Source: Methanobacteriota archaeon (GTDB lineage: Archaea; Thermoplasmatota; Poseidoniia; Poseidoniales; Thalassarchaeaceae). Taken from it: a stretch of 64,000 nucleotides of DNA. Below the pieces are notes generated by a model. The model was not told the origin of the DNA, made no database searches, and was given only the letters and a program-made list of their open reading frames with translations. Below, one piece after another: positions 28,187 to 37,742 of the stretch. The DNA lies in NCBI GenBank assembly GCA_002726275.1, contig PBSO01000025.1, positions 2,147-66,146 on the forward strand, read 5' to 3'. The position numbers and the translations under genes are program-made. How positions within the stretch are numbered: position 1 is the first letter of the stretch; each line of letters starts with the position of its first letter.

Positions 28187-28645
28187 GTGCTGCTAGGGTC
28201 CTTTATGGGCCTACTGAATGCGACATGGAGGATTCATGCCAGTGGGGTTGACGACCTGGAAATGATTGAGAGAGCGATGCATTGGCTTACTGGTGATTGC
28301 TGTGAAGTAATGTGGGAAAGGGGCAAGTCGTTCCATGGATCTCCTCAGCATGTTGCAATAATTAGGACTGGAAAAAGGAAAGTTGCCATGGATTGGCTCC
28401 GCAGACTTGGTGTTTCGGTCCTTAGTGAGATTAACGAGGGGGGCATTGGAAATAGGATCGACGATGAGAAAACAGTGCATGTTAGAATTTCTCTTCCTGA
28501 ACTATGTAAGGGGAACGTATCGCTGATCGATTCAGGGAGCAGGAGTTCCTCTGTAAAGGGCACTTTCAAGATCGAATCTTATCCAGGAGATGATCCAGTT
28601 ATTGTTGCTTCTCGGGTAATTTCCAGATTGTGCTCAGAAAGCTGA
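28187..28645 (+). CDS. hypothetical protein (possibly UPF0201/DUF54-like small RNA-binding protein)
   Basis: 152 aa soluble ORF divergent from rps3ae. Only weak resemblance to UPF0201 and no firm motif. Confidence 0.3.
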   Translation: MLLGSFMGLLNATWRIHASGVDDLEMIERAMHWLTGDCCEVMWERGKSFHGSPQHVAIIRTGKRKVAMDWLRRLGVSVLSEINEGGIGNRIDDEKTVHVRISLPELCKGNVSLIDSGSRSSSVKGTFKIESYPGDDPVIVASRVISRLCSES

Positions 28646-28706
28646 ATGCTGAATGTGTTTGAGCAAGAGTTCAAATGTCCCTCTCGACGTGCTTCGTGTG
28701 AGAGAT

Positions 28707-28979
28707 ATGACACACGTAGTTACGAGTGCCTGTGTTGATCACAAATATCAGGACTGCGTAGCGGTTTGTCCTGTTGAGGCATTCAGGGAGGCGGACTCTT
28801 ATCTCGTCATAGATCCAGATGAGTGCATAGATTGCGCTGCATGCGTAACTGAGTGTCCGGTTGAGGCGATCTTTGCAGATACAGATCTTCCTGATGAGTT
28901 CGAAGAGTGGCTTGACAGAAATGAAGTTGAAGCGGCGGACCTGCCTATCGCAGAAGGCGACTCGCCCGTACTGGCATAG
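28707..28979 (+). CDS. fdxA: ferredoxin, Azotobacter FdxA-like 7Fe type ([3Fe-4S][4Fe-4S])
   Basis: CVDHKYQDCVAVCPVEAFREADSYLVIDPDECIDCAACVTECPVEAIFADTDLPDEFEEWLDRNEVEAA has a C-x7-C-x3-CP ... C-x2-C-x2-C-x3-CP spacing like FdxA. Start at ATG 28707. Confidence 0.7.
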   Translation: MTHVVTSACVDHKYQDCVAVCPVEAFREADSYLVIDPDECIDCAACVTECPVEAIFADTDLPDEFEEWLDRNEVEAADLPIAEGDSPVLA

Positions 28980-29041
28980 GGTCTTTTCCGACCTAATGGT
29001 CAGGAAATAGGTTCATGAATAAATGGCCCGGGGCGATTAGC

Positions 29042-30031
29042 ATGACACGTACGGTCGACCTTGGTGGGATGCGTCATGGAACCGAGCTTCTGAAGAGGGG
29101 TTTTGCAAAAATGCAAGAAGGCGGGGTGGTGATGGATGTAGTGACTCCCGAACAAGCCCACATAGCGGAAGACGCGGGGGCAGTATCGGTAATGGCGTTG
29201 GAGAGGGTTCCTGCGGATATTCGCTCCATGGGTGGTGTAGCTCGAATGAGCCATCCAGACATGATTAGTGAAATCATTGAAACCACTAGCATCCCCGTAA
29301 TGGCGAAAGCCAGAATAGGCCACGATGAAGAAGCCCGAGTTCTGGAAAGTCTTGGTGTCGATATGGTAGATGAGTCAGAAGTTCTTACTCCTGCAGATCC
29401 TTTCTTCCACATAGCAAAGAATGACTTCACCATCCCCTTTGTGTGTGGATGCACAAGCCTAGGAGAGGCAGTAAGAAGGATTGCCGAGGGGGCTGCGATG
29501 ATTCGCACCAAGGGAGAAGCAGGTACGGGCAACATAGTAAGTGCAGTTCAACATGCAAGGCTGGTAAAAACAGAGATTTCCCATGCGATAAATTCTGGGG
29601 ACTCTGGGAGAGAAGAAATGATTGAAATTATCATGAAAGGATACCAGAGGATGGAAGATGCGTCGGATTTCAACATCGGGTCCTCGGATACTCCATTTGG
29701 TAAATTGGGCGACCTCAGGGATGAGGTGTCGTCTGTTCTCGAGGAAGTGTGTAGCATTGGCAGACTACCAGTTGTGACATTCTCTGCAGGAGGAATCGCC
29801 ACTCCTGCTGATGCTGCACTCATGATGAGTCATGGGATGGATGGGATCTTCGTTGGTTCTGGTATCTTCAAGAGTTCGGACCCGAAAAATACCGCAGAAG
29901 CCATTGTTATGGCCACACATCACTTCGAAGATCCCTCAGTAGTAGTGGAAGCCTGTAAAATGGTAGGGGATGCAATGCCAGGCCTGGAAATAGAGTCACT
30001 AGACGTTAGGCTCGAAGATAGGGGATGGTAG
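29042..30031 (+). CDS. pdxS: pyridoxal 5'-phosphate synthase subunit PdxS
   Basis: [78 protein letters not shown]...[16 protein letters not shown] is the canonical PdxS/SNZ. Confidence 0.85.
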   Translation: MTRTVDLGGMRHGTELLKRGFAKMQEGGVVMDVVTPEQAHIAEDAGAVSVMALERVPADIRSMGGVARMSHPDMISEIIETTSIPVMAKARIGHDEEARVLESLGVDMVDESEVLTPADPFFHIAKNDFTIPFVCGCTSLGEAVRRIAEGAAMIRTKGEAGTGNIVSAVQHARLVKTEISHAINSGDSGREEMIEIIMKGYQRMEDASDFNIGSSDTPFGKLGDLRDEVSSVLEEVCSIGRLPVVTFSAGGIATPADAALMMSHGMDGIFVGSGIFKSSDPKNTAEAIVMATHHFEDPSVVVEACKMVGDAMPGLEIESLDVRLEDRGW

Positions 30032-31030
30032 TCACTTACCCCTTCCCCTGAATGACTTGGGTTTTCTGATCTTCTTGCGACTTGGTTTGCCCCCAGTGGC
30101 AGCAGGGGATCCCTGTGCATCCCCTGACATTGAGCCACCAAGAGTAAGGTTTCCTTGACTGAGGAGTTTTTCTGTAAGAGAGTCTGCTAACCCTTCGTCT
30201 TCATCTGGAGTCTTCAGGGCGTCCTTTACCGATTGGTTATGGTCCTTTATTACCCTCTCCCTCTCTTCCCTTCTGGCCTTCATTTCGTCTCTGGCTTCAT
30301 TGACTTCCTTAAGGAGAACCTCAATTTCTGAATGTACGCTGTTTGCCGATTCTCGCGACTCCACGAAAATTGAATGAAGCCTGTCTCCCTCTGACCTCAG
30401 GAAATCCCTCTCTTCGAGCATGGGCTTTACCTCTTCCCAGATCCCATCCGCCTCCTTATGTGCATCTGTCATTGCCTTGTGTTGGGCGTCTGCCTCTGCC
30501 TTGAGTGACTGGATTGTGCTTTCTAGATCCCCCAAATCAATCTTGATGCTCTCGAATTCGGCGGCCGCAGGCAAAAGCTCATCCCTTCTGGCGATCAGTG
30601 TTTTCAACTCTCTCAGAATTCTATTCTCCGCCTTGAGTGTAAGTGTGCCATCAGTCATCAGCCTATTTTCAATACTACCAATCTTTGCAATTGTCTCAGA
30701 TAGTGCAACTACTCCTGTCTTGGCCTTGCCCTCGTCTCCCTTCTTACCCCTCTTGTTTGAAATAATTTCTCTGATCCTTGATTGAATTGCGTCCCTCTGA
30801 TTCTGGTGAGTCTTCGCTCTGGATCTGACTTCCTTCTGCTCGGTTAGTTTCTCTTCAATTGAGGACCTGAGCTCCCTTCCCTGTTCTTGAACCGAGTTTC
30901 TTGAGTCTGCGGCCCTTCTTGCTGATTCGTTATGGGTGGCCCTCTGATCCCTCATCCTCCTCAGCCTTGTTTCCATAGCATGAAGCCTGGTCCTCAGGTC
31001 GTCATCAGGACCACTCTCATCGCTCTGCAT
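30032..31030 (-). CDS. archaeal coiled-coil protein (COG1340-like), basic C-terminal tail
   Basis: 332 aa, almost entirely heptad-like charged helix. Conserved block SETIAKIGSIENRLMTDGTLTLKAENRILRELKTLIARRDEL aligns with 36831-ORF block SKIKAKMDALERKYERGGFTGASEKKFFREMKRLKQEL. C-terminus GKPSRKKIRKPKSFRGRGK. Confidence 0.5.
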   Translation of the reverse strand: MQSDESGPDDDLRTRLHAMETRLRRMRDQRATHNESARRAADSRNSVQEQGRELRSSIEEKLTEQKEVRSRAKTHQNQRDAIQSRIREIISNKRGKKGDEGKAKTGVVALSETIAKIGSIENRLMTDGTLTLKAENRILRELKTLIARRDELLPAAAEFESIKIDLGDLESTIQSLKAEADAQHKAMTDAHKEADGIWEEVKPMLEERDFLRSEGDRLHSIFVESRESANSVHSEIEVLLKEVNEARDEMKARREERERVIKDHNQSVKDALKTPDEDEGLADSLTEKLLSQGNLTLGGSMSGDAQGSPAATGGKPSRKKIRKPKSFRGRGK

Positions 31031-31071
31031 GGAACGTCGAAGTGGGGCTCACTATTGAATGGAACTATGTG

Positions 31072-32652
31072 TCAAAACCCCAGTAGAGAAGTGGCAAATG
31101 GGATGATTGGTGACAAGACAACTATTGCGGCGCCGGCCATGAACATGGCGCCAACTGTTCTCCTTACCCTAGTAATCAGATCATTGCCCACCTGCACATT
31201 CAGAACTCTTCCAGAAACGAGATTTCCGGAGTCGTCCTCCAGCCTTACTGTGACTGTAGCTTCTCCCTTTATTGAAGGTAGCAAACTTTGCCATACAATA
31301 CCAGTGTGGTTAATCATTTCCTGCATCTCGTGTGAAAGCGAAGTTGATTCCATAGGATCAAATGAGTGAGATAGGGGCAATGACCTAAGCTTGTAGACGC
31401 ACTCATTGGGTTTGAAATCAGGAGTCTGTATCTTCAAGAATAAGTCCCGAGGATCTTCTCCACGATTTAGGACGAAAGCGAAGAGGTTCGCCTGGCCGAC
31501 CACTAGATTTTCCATGTCTACGTCAAACCAGAAACCCCCATCAGACTTACTCAGTCCCCTTCTCATCCTCATCCTATCGTAGAGTCTGAAGAATGGCTTG
31601 CATTCACTCCTTGCGTGCATCAGCAGCCTATCCCATGTCTCCTCGCCTAGCTCGGGATGGTTGAATAGTCCGTCGATAGACGATTCCTCCACCATCTCCC
31701 CCAATGAGTCTTTGAACTCTGACTCTGAAATCAAGGAAGATCTCCGTAAATGCAAGAGGTGCAGCAGGGATTCCTGTAGTTCGGAGATTTCTACCCCTTC
31801 CTTCAGACCTACTCCGACTGTTCTAAGATACTCGGAAATTCTGATATTCAATAGGGGGTCGATGTGTGCCTTTATGACATCATTGAACGGCCTATTCAGT
31901 AGAGCAGGGTGTATTGGAGGTGAGAATGCCTCTAACATACCCCATGGCTCAGAAGCATTGAACCTAGACCTATGGGAGATTAAATGGACTCCGTGACCTG
32001 CAAGTAGTGAACCAGTAGAAAGTGAGATCAACACTGGCATTCCAGACTCCCCACTGGATAGCCAGAGGCTAGTCCCAAGAAGGGCTGCTGATATTATCAT
32101 CAGGGACGAAGTTGCGGTGATTTGACGTATTGATCCATCTATTGTGGCCCTCATCTCTGCATAGCCATGAGAGCTTCTGAAAGTGATTCCCGATGAGGTT
32201 AGTGACTCTGCCTCAAGATGGAATATTGAGCGGGAATAAGACATCATCCTGAGCAGGGAGGAAAGTAGTGCGATATCTGCGATAATTATCAGCAGTGTTA
32301 GAGCGTGAGTTGCGGTAACAAGGCTCAATCCCCCAGATGCTTCCCTGAGGTGGTCATCCCACCACAGATTGTCAGTCTGCCCGTATGACTGTGCCACACC
32401 GAAAAGCACCACGGCGAAAAGTGGGAGTAGTAAGATCAACCTAGCTCCACCGCTAACAAGCACCCTGTCCAATGTAATCAGGGAGCCCTCCCTGTCCCTG
32501 AGGGAGCTTTCCTTCCAGTCAAAATCACCAATGTCTTGCGTGATATATTGAGTCTCTAGTTTTGGTGCGGGAGGCGTGAAATCGCTAATCTCATCCGCCA
32601 GACTATCCAGAGTTTCTTCGTCAATCAATCTTAGTCCCCCTAACTCTTGCAA
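31072..32652 (-). CDS. hypothetical large membrane protein
   Basis: 526 aa. N-terminal soluble region, about 4 TM helices (LILLLPLFAVVLFGV; LSLVTATHALTLLIIIADIALLSSLL; ITATSSLMIISAALLGTSLWL; MPVLISLSTGSLLAGHGV), large C-terminal soluble domain ending in a TM helix (AMFMAGAAIVVLSPIIPFATSLLGF). Confidence 0.4.
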   Translation of the reverse strand: MQELGGLRLIDEETLDSLADEISDFTPPAPKLETQYITQDIGDFDWKESSLRDREGSLITLDRVLVSGGARLILLLPLFAVVLFGVAQSYGQTDNLWWDDHLREASGGLSLVTATHALTLLIIIADIALLSSLLRMMSYSRSIFHLEAESLTSSGITFRSSHGYAEMRATIDGSIRQITATSSLMIISAALLGTSLWLSSGESGMPVLISLSTGSLLAGHGVHLISHRSRFNASEPWGMLEAFSPPIHPALLNRPFNDVIKAHIDPLLNIRISEYLRTVGVGLKEGVEISELQESLLHLLHLRRSSLISESEFKDSLGEMVEESSIDGLFNHPELGEETWDRLLMHARSECKPFFRLYDRMRMRRGLSKSDGGFWFDVDMENLVVGQANLFAFVLNRGEDPRDLFLKIQTPDFKPNECVYKLRSLPLSHSFDPMESTSLSHEMQEMINHTGIVWQSLLPSIKGEATVTVRLEDDSGNLVSGRVLNVQVGNDLITRVRRTVGAMFMAGAAIVVLSPIIPFATSLLGF

Positions 32653-33283
32653 GTATCTTCTTCGAAATGGATTCGGACATTTCGACTGGTGAGCCGTTGC
32701 ATGAAATTCCTGACTCTGATGTAATTATCACGGAACCAATGGTTATGCCGAAGCTCTCCAATGTCCGTTTCTCTATTGAGTCGACGGCCAATATCTCAAC
32801 TACTGATTCCGACCCAGGGGGGATATTTCTGATTGGCAGAAGAAGGCCCTCCGTGGACGTTTCCACGGACCTCTCGATTAATGGTATTCTCTTTCCGGAT
32901 GGAGTGAATTCAGGATATCCAAGCATCCTGTCTATGGCAGATTCTAATTCTGGGCCCATGTCATGCTCCATCTTGCACGCTGCTTCGTTGATATCTCCTG
33001 AATAGCCAATGACTTCTGAGAGAAGAATCTCCAGCAAACACTCCCTCCTCTTGACTCTGGCCGCCTGTTGAAAACCTAGGGGGGTTAGTCTGGATCCTTT
33101 GTATGGGATGTGCGTGACTAAATCTCTGGAAGCAAGCCTCTGAATCATCTCAGATACAGATGCTGGGCTAACAGATAGCATTTCGGATAATTGTGTTGTT
33201 TTTAGAATGCCATCCGGTGTAGAGTCATAGAACTCGAACATTCTCTTCAAGTACATTTCCTCAAACTCACTCAGCTCGATCAT
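32621..33283 (-). CDS. DtxR/MntR-family metal-dependent transcriptional regulator with C-terminal FeoA/SH3-like domain
   Basis: N-terminal wHTH EMYLKRMFEFYDSTPDGILKTTQLSEMLSVSPASVSEMIQRLASRDLVTHIPYKGSRLTPLG, metal-binding/dimerisation region RRECLLEILL...ACKMEHDM, C-terminal FeoA-like beta domain. Confidence 0.65.
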   Translation of the reverse strand: MIELSEFEEMYLKRMFEFYDSTPDGILKTTQLSEMLSVSPASVSEMIQRLASRDLVTHIPYKGSRLTPLGFQQAARVKRRECLLEILLSEVIGYSGDINEAACKMEHDMGPELESAIDRMLGYPEFTPSGKRIPLIERSVETSTEGLLLPIRNIPPGSESVVEILAVDSIEKRTLESFGITIGSVIITSESGISCNGSPVEMSESISKKILARVRGTKID

Positions 33284-34926
33284 TGGGGGACCTCCTCATT
33301 TAGTGCCATGAATTCGGTCCTACATGCCGGACATCTGGACATCACAGGCCTCTTTTCTATGGGTACTTTCAGCCTCTGTTCACAGGAAGGGCAACTTAGG
33401 ATTTCCCCTGAGGACCTTGAGTTTTGAATCTCATTTGATTTCTCGGACTGTGGTAATTCTTCGTATGAGTCACTGTGAGTGATATCTTGTAGATTGTTTT
33501 CGATATCTCCGACTTCTTCTTCGCCGACTCTGAATTGGGTGGTACAAGAGGGGCACTTCACGGCCCCGACATGGTTTGCCGGGACACTGAGCTTTTGATT
33601 GCACGATGGACAGGCGATCTCCCTTTTCTGGACCTCTGACCTCCTCTCAATTCGAGATTCCCTACGAATCTGGAATGTTCCATCTGACTCAGTTGAGGGG
33701 GTTTTCTCTGAAATTACTCTCCACAATGCTAGAACGACCATCACCACCACTAATCCCATAACTGACCCAAGTAATGCTGCAGATGTATCGAACGGCAGAG
33801 AGAAAGAGTCTGGTGGTGGATCCCTGGTCTGTATCTGGATGCTTTGGATTGCAGAGTATTCTCCTGAGACCCACATTACCTCTACTATGGAGTCTCCATC
33901 GTCTGGCCACAGGGGTATTATCAGTGAAAAACTGGATTCGCTTCCAGCGGAAATTGGCAGTGATTGGTCGCTGGACAGGATAAGTCCGTCGGACTGTCTA
34001 GATGCCGAAATTGTGCCTCCAAGGGATTCTGAATTTCCTGAATTGCCAATGGTGCAGTCAATAACAAGTGACTGTCCTGGTATTGCTATTTCTGGCATGG
34101 TTGAGCACGATGAAACAGATGGAGAAACAAGGGGAGCTGATATTTGATACTCTAAATTGGAATCAGAAAATGTTGTCCATCCAACGGGAACAATCGAGAA
34201 TTTGACTGAGTCTGCATCTGGATTTCCGAAAGCGAATGAAAGGTCCCTGATGCCGTGAGAAAGGGTGGCATAGTGGACTTGATTGCCTCTTGGAACACCC
34301 ATATCCTGCAACTCGGCAATTATCTCGACATCTCTCGATGGACCATCTGAAAGCAGTACAGATATACCTACATGAAGGCCTTCTGAGAGGGTCCATATCT
34401 CGCTGGAGATGATGATTTCGAGTGTCTGAGGGGGAAGCGCCTCAATCATCAGGGTTCCCGATAGATCTTCACTGACAACATTACCCAGACTCAATATTTC
34501 CCACTCTATCTCGATGTGTCCGGATTGGTTCAGGGAAAATGTCGTAGAAACCTCCCTACTGGAGCCGGGGCTAATTGTGACATATTCACCAGAAACATTG
34601 GCACTCCAGTTCTGCGAAGAAAGGGTCATTGAAACATCTCCTGATGAGTTTCCCTGATTGTGGACCAGAATCGAGGCTGTTAGCGAGTCTCCCACATGTG
34701 CTGGCTCGCCCACTATCGCCACATCTGCGGAACCAGCTGGCGTGAAGGAAGCTGATGCTGAGTCATTTGAGTGATCGGATGAAAAAGCGGTCGGATTTGA
34801 TAGTGGATCATAGTTCTGGCCCACTAATCCACAAACTGGGCTGAAACAGAATAGTGATGTAATCAATAGTGCAACCAATATTGTGCCATGGGAGCTGAAA
34901 ATGAATCTCTCAGGCTCCTCCCCCAT
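33280..34926 (-). CDS. membrane protein: signal-anchored extracytoplasmic domain, one TM, cytoplasmic tandem zinc ribbons
   Basis: N-terminal hydrophobic LVALLITSLFCFSPVCG. Mid TM AALLGSVMGLVVVMVVLALWRVI. C-terminal CPSCNQKLSVPANHVGAVKCPSCTTQF and CPSCEQRLKVPIEKRPVMSRCPACRTEF are two C-x2-C...C-x2-C ribbons. 4-bp overlap with the DtxR-like gene downstream. Confidence 0.45.
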   Translation of the reverse strand: MGEEPERFIFSSHGTILVALLITSLFCFSPVCGLVGQNYDPLSNPTAFSSDHSNDSASASFTPAGSADVAIVGEPAHVGDSLTASILVHNQGNSSGDVSMTLSSQNWSANVSGEYVTISPGSSREVSTTFSLNQSGHIEIEWEILSLGNVVSEDLSGTLMIEALPPQTLEIIISSEIWTLSEGLHVGISVLLSDGPSRDVEIIAELQDMGVPRGNQVHYATLSHGIRDLSFAFGNPDADSVKFSIVPVGWTTFSDSNLEYQISAPLVSPSVSSCSTMPEIAIPGQSLVIDCTIGNSGNSESLGGTISASRQSDGLILSSDQSLPISAGSESSFSLIIPLWPDDGDSIVEVMWVSGEYSAIQSIQIQTRDPPPDSFSLPFDTSAALLGSVMGLVVVMVVLALWRVISEKTPSTESDGTFQIRRESRIERRSEVQKREIACPSCNQKLSVPANHVGAVKCPSCTTQFRVGEEEVGDIENNLQDITHSDSYEELPQSEKSNEIQNSRSSGEILSCPSCEQRLKVPIEKRPVMSRCPACRTEFMALNEEVPQ

Positions 34927-34969
34927 AGTATTGGCTCAGAAAAGGGGCCGTATCAATCAAACCCCTGTC

Positions 34970-34988
34970 AAGGTCACATAGTGACCTT
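34970..34988. promoter_or_regulatory. perfect 19-bp palindrome AAGGTCACATAGTGACCTT in divergent intergenic region; candidate repressor operator
   Basis: Seen directly as 8-3-8 perfect inverted repeat, 44 bp upstream of the 33280..34926 operon start and 33 bp upstream of the divergent 35021 gene. The operon encodes a DtxR/MntR-like regulator. Confidence 0.3.
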
Positions 34989-35020
34989 TAACCGACTGTC
35001 CCGGCTGGCCCGGATGCATC

Positions 35021-35839
35021 ATGGACATAGAGGGACTATTGAGGGTCAAACCCGAGGAGCTCGCCGAAGGTCTGCTGGCCAGATGGAAGGTCCTTGATGA
35101 ACAACTTCCCGGAGTCATAAGGAACCTTGAAGCTGAAGAAGACTCCCTTTCACCCAAAGTTGAAAGAGCGGTGAATTCTCATAAATTAGCTAATGAAACT
35201 GTCTCAGAATTGAAGATGGAGAGGAATTCGCGGCAGAAGGAGGCTCGAGCATTACTGGCCACAGTTCGAAAATTCGGTGACAATCTTTCTGAATCAGGGG
35301 GGATGGTTAATCTTGATCCTGGTTGGAAGAAAGAGAAGCTGTTAGAAGAGCTTGAGGAAATTGAGTCTCAAATCGAGACATCTGCACTTGATCACAAGTC
35401 AGAAGGGAAGCTTATTACCCGGAGGAAAAGGCTGATTGAGCAGAACGATAAATGGCTGAAAGAACGTAAAATAGCGAATCCGGAGATGGCCAAGTTCGTG
35501 GAAGCCAGGAGAGAGATGGTTGAAAATTTCAGAGAGTCGGAGAAAGCGCATACCAAGATGCTGGACACGGTAAATAAAGCGCAGCCACTTTACGAGAAGA
35601 AGGTCGCTCTCCAAGATGAAATTAGGGACGTGCGTAGACAGTTGGACAGAGCCAAAGAGCTGTTGTCTCAGTCATCTAAGGCCATTGAGCATTGGCAGAG
35701 GCGCTTGGATGAAGGTTTTGGGGAGATCGGGTCGGGGCATGATGATCTCTTGGCAGACATGCATAGAGTGATGTCAGGAGGAGCCTCATCTTTCTCCAGG
35801 AAGAAGAAATCGAAGATTCGGGAGGGAGAAGAGGAATGA
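35021..35839 (+). CDS. coiled-coil protein, basic C-terminus
   Basis: 272 aa charged helical protein ending SFSRKKKSKIREGEEE. Stop overlaps the start of the next coiled-coil gene (ATGA). Confidence 0.45.
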   Translation: MDIEGLLRVKPEELAEGLLARWKVLDEQLPGVIRNLEAEEDSLSPKVERAVNSHKLANETVSELKMERNSRQKEARALLATVRKFGDNLSESGGMVNLDPGWKKEKLLEELEEIESQIETSALDHKSEGKLITRRKRLIEQNDKWLKERKIANPEMAKFVEARREMVENFRESEKAHTKMLDTVNKAQPLYEKKVALQDEIRDVRRQLDRAKELLSQSSKAIEHWQRRLDEGFGEIGSGHDDLLADMHRVMSGGASSFSRKKKSKIREGEEE

Positions 35840-36804
35840 GTAAATCTACAGAGTCATTCTCCTTTGAAGATCTAGAGGAATTAGATGGACATGAATTGCA
35901 AGAAATGTTCGGCGGCCTAGAGAGACAGGTTCGTTCACTGGATAGACAGAAAAGGGACCTCAGGGAAGAGCGCTCAGATTTGGTGAGCCAGGTCAAGATC
36001 CTCCGTGGAGCTGTAGGTCAAATTGAGGGTGCTAATTCAGAAAGGAGGGATTTACTTAGGAAGTTTCACGAAATCAGGAAATCCGCAGATATATCCAGAG
36101 CCAAAAGGGATCGGGTAAACGTGCTCATCCCCCCTCCTGTAGATGTCCTGCAAGAGTGGCTTTCTGAGACGCACAGGAGGCTGACAACAATCGATAACGA
36201 CCTTACTGCTGTACCAACACTGCCAAGGGAGTTGGATGCATTCAGGAGGTTCTTTGAGATTCAAGCCTCCATAGTGATGAAGGCGGAGTCAGAAACCGCA
36301 CACTCCGATTATGTCAGCAGTGTGAAGAAAATGAAGGAGCTCACTTCTAAACTAGACAAGGGCAAGAAGGACCACAAAGCCGTGACAAGTAAAGCATCCG
36401 AGAATTCTGGTGTTGGTGCCGATGGAATTTCAAGAAAAGAGGTCAGAAAAACTAGTAACAGGATTTCGAAGATTGACAAAAGGCTTGACCGCATTGACAT
36501 CGAAAGAAGAGATCTCAGAAAGGAGCTTGGAAGGGTTAAGGCTTACCGGAGAATAACAGGGGGGAGGAATAGAAAGATACGTTTCTCAGAAATAAAGGAC
36601 AAGGCGAAATCTGGAGGGACCCTTAGCACCATCGAACTAGATGCCTTGTTGGGCTCAGGGAGCTTGTCTGAGTTGGCCTCATCAGAATCAAAGTCGAGTG
36701 AGGATAGGCCTGACTCGAAGCAACTCGGCCGAAAGAAGAGGCGACTGGGTGTTTCCAGGAGGGGCCCAAGAAAGGGGAACCTCGCCAGTAAGAGAGAGGA
36801 TTAG
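35836..36804 (+). CDS. coiled-coil protein (COG1340-like family), basic C-terminal tail
   Basis: 322 aa. C-terminal motif SGGTLSTIELDALLGSGSL matches MSGDTLSTDELMALQRS of the next gene and SQGNLTLGG of the 30032 gene. Tail GRKKRRLGVSRRGPRKGNLASKRED. Confidence 0.45.
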   Translation: MSKSTESFSFEDLEELDGHELQEMFGGLERQVRSLDRQKRDLREERSDLVSQVKILRGAVGQIEGANSERRDLLRKFHEIRKSADISRAKRDRVNVLIPPPVDVLQEWLSETHRRLTTIDNDLTAVPTLPRELDAFRRFFEIQASIVMKAESETAHSDYVSSVKKMKELTSKLDKGKKDHKAVTSKASENSGVGADGISRKEVRKTSNRISKIDKRLDRIDIERRDLRKELGRVKAYRRITGGRNRKIRFSEIKDKAKSGGTLSTIELDALLGSGSLSELASSESKSSEDRPDSKQLGRKKRRLGVSRRGPRKGNLASKRED

Positions 36805-36830
36805 GATACGCCTCCCTGCTATGCACTTAT

Positions 36831-37742
36831 ATGGAGCCTCAATTTGGGCAATATGGAGGAAATACTGTGGAATACTCGGAAATACGTGAGTTGTTCCGTC
36901 CTTTGTCCCAATCTATGGAGTCAGATCTAGATGGAAGAAAGGAGGTCAGAGATGAGTTCAACGCCAAAGTTAGAACTTATCTAGACAGCAGGAACGAAGT
37001 TAATCGCCAAGTCAAGGAGCTGATTTCCGAAGTTAGAAGTCAGAAAGAAATTAGAGATCTGGCGAACTCCAAGGTAAAGGAATTGAAGATCGTTAGGTCT
37101 GATAGGTCCGATGAATTGAAGATCGTGAGAACCGATCTCAGATCTAGGTTGGCGGAAGCTGAAGAAAGTGGGAAACGTGAGAAGGGGCCTTCTGGACCAC
37201 CGCCCTCAAAAATCAAGGCCAAAATGGACGCCCTAGAAAGGAAATACGAGAGAGGTGGTTTCACTGGGGCGAGCGAGAAGAAGTTCTTCAGAGAAATGAA
37301 GAGGCTTAAGCAAGAATTGAATGAAGCACGAGAGAAGAACAAAACTAGCGGTGGTTTGGGCGACCTTAAATCGAAGGTAAGGGATGCTGAGAGGGAGCAG
37401 GAAGATGCCCATAACAAAGTAGAGAGGGCGGTTTCGGAAGCCCAGGAAGCGCACGATCTGATGGTAGAGTTATCTGATGAAGTTGACAGACTGAGAGAGC
37501 GTGCCAACTCCGCACACTCAGGCCTTACCAAGTCAAAAAAGGAAGCGGACGCCCTTCACAATCTGTATATTGTTTCACTCAGGTGCATTCACTCAATGCA
37601 GGACATTATGAAGGCCATTGACGCCAGGGAGGGAGGGCATGTGGATGCGGAAAGCAAGACCGAGGTTACTGACTTGATGTCCAGACTAATGTCAGGAGAC
37701 ACCTTGTCAACTGATGAACTAATGGCTCTCCAGAGAAGTTAA
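36831..37742 (+). CDS. coiled-coil protein (COG1340-like family)
   Basis: 303 aa. Internal short duplication KELKIVRSDRSDELKIVRTDL. Conserved block shared with the 30032 gene (see there). C-terminal SGDTLSTDELMALQRS. Confidence 0.5.
   Translation: MEPQFGQYGGNTVEYSEIRELFRPLSQSMESDLDGRKEVRDEFNAKVRTYLDSRNEVNRQVKELISEVRSQKEIRDLANSKVKELKIVRSDRSDELKIVRTDLRSRLAEAEESGKREKGPSGPPPSKIKAKMDALERKYERGGFTGASEKKFFREMKRLKQELNEAREKNKTSGGLGDLKSKVRDAEREQEDAHNKVERAVSEAQEAHDLMVELSDEVDRLRERANSAHSGLTKSKKEADALHNLYIVSLRCIHSMQDIMKAIDAREGGHVDAESKTEVTDLMSRLMSGDTLSTDELMALQRS

Noticed and set aside
37040-37160. Short tandem duplication at DNA level (gaattgaagatcgt... repeated)
   Set aside because: It lies inside the coiled-coil gene 36831..37742 and encodes a duplicated heptad segment (KELKIVRSDRSDELKIVRTDL). 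This is an internal coiled-coil repeat, not a non-coding repeat element.
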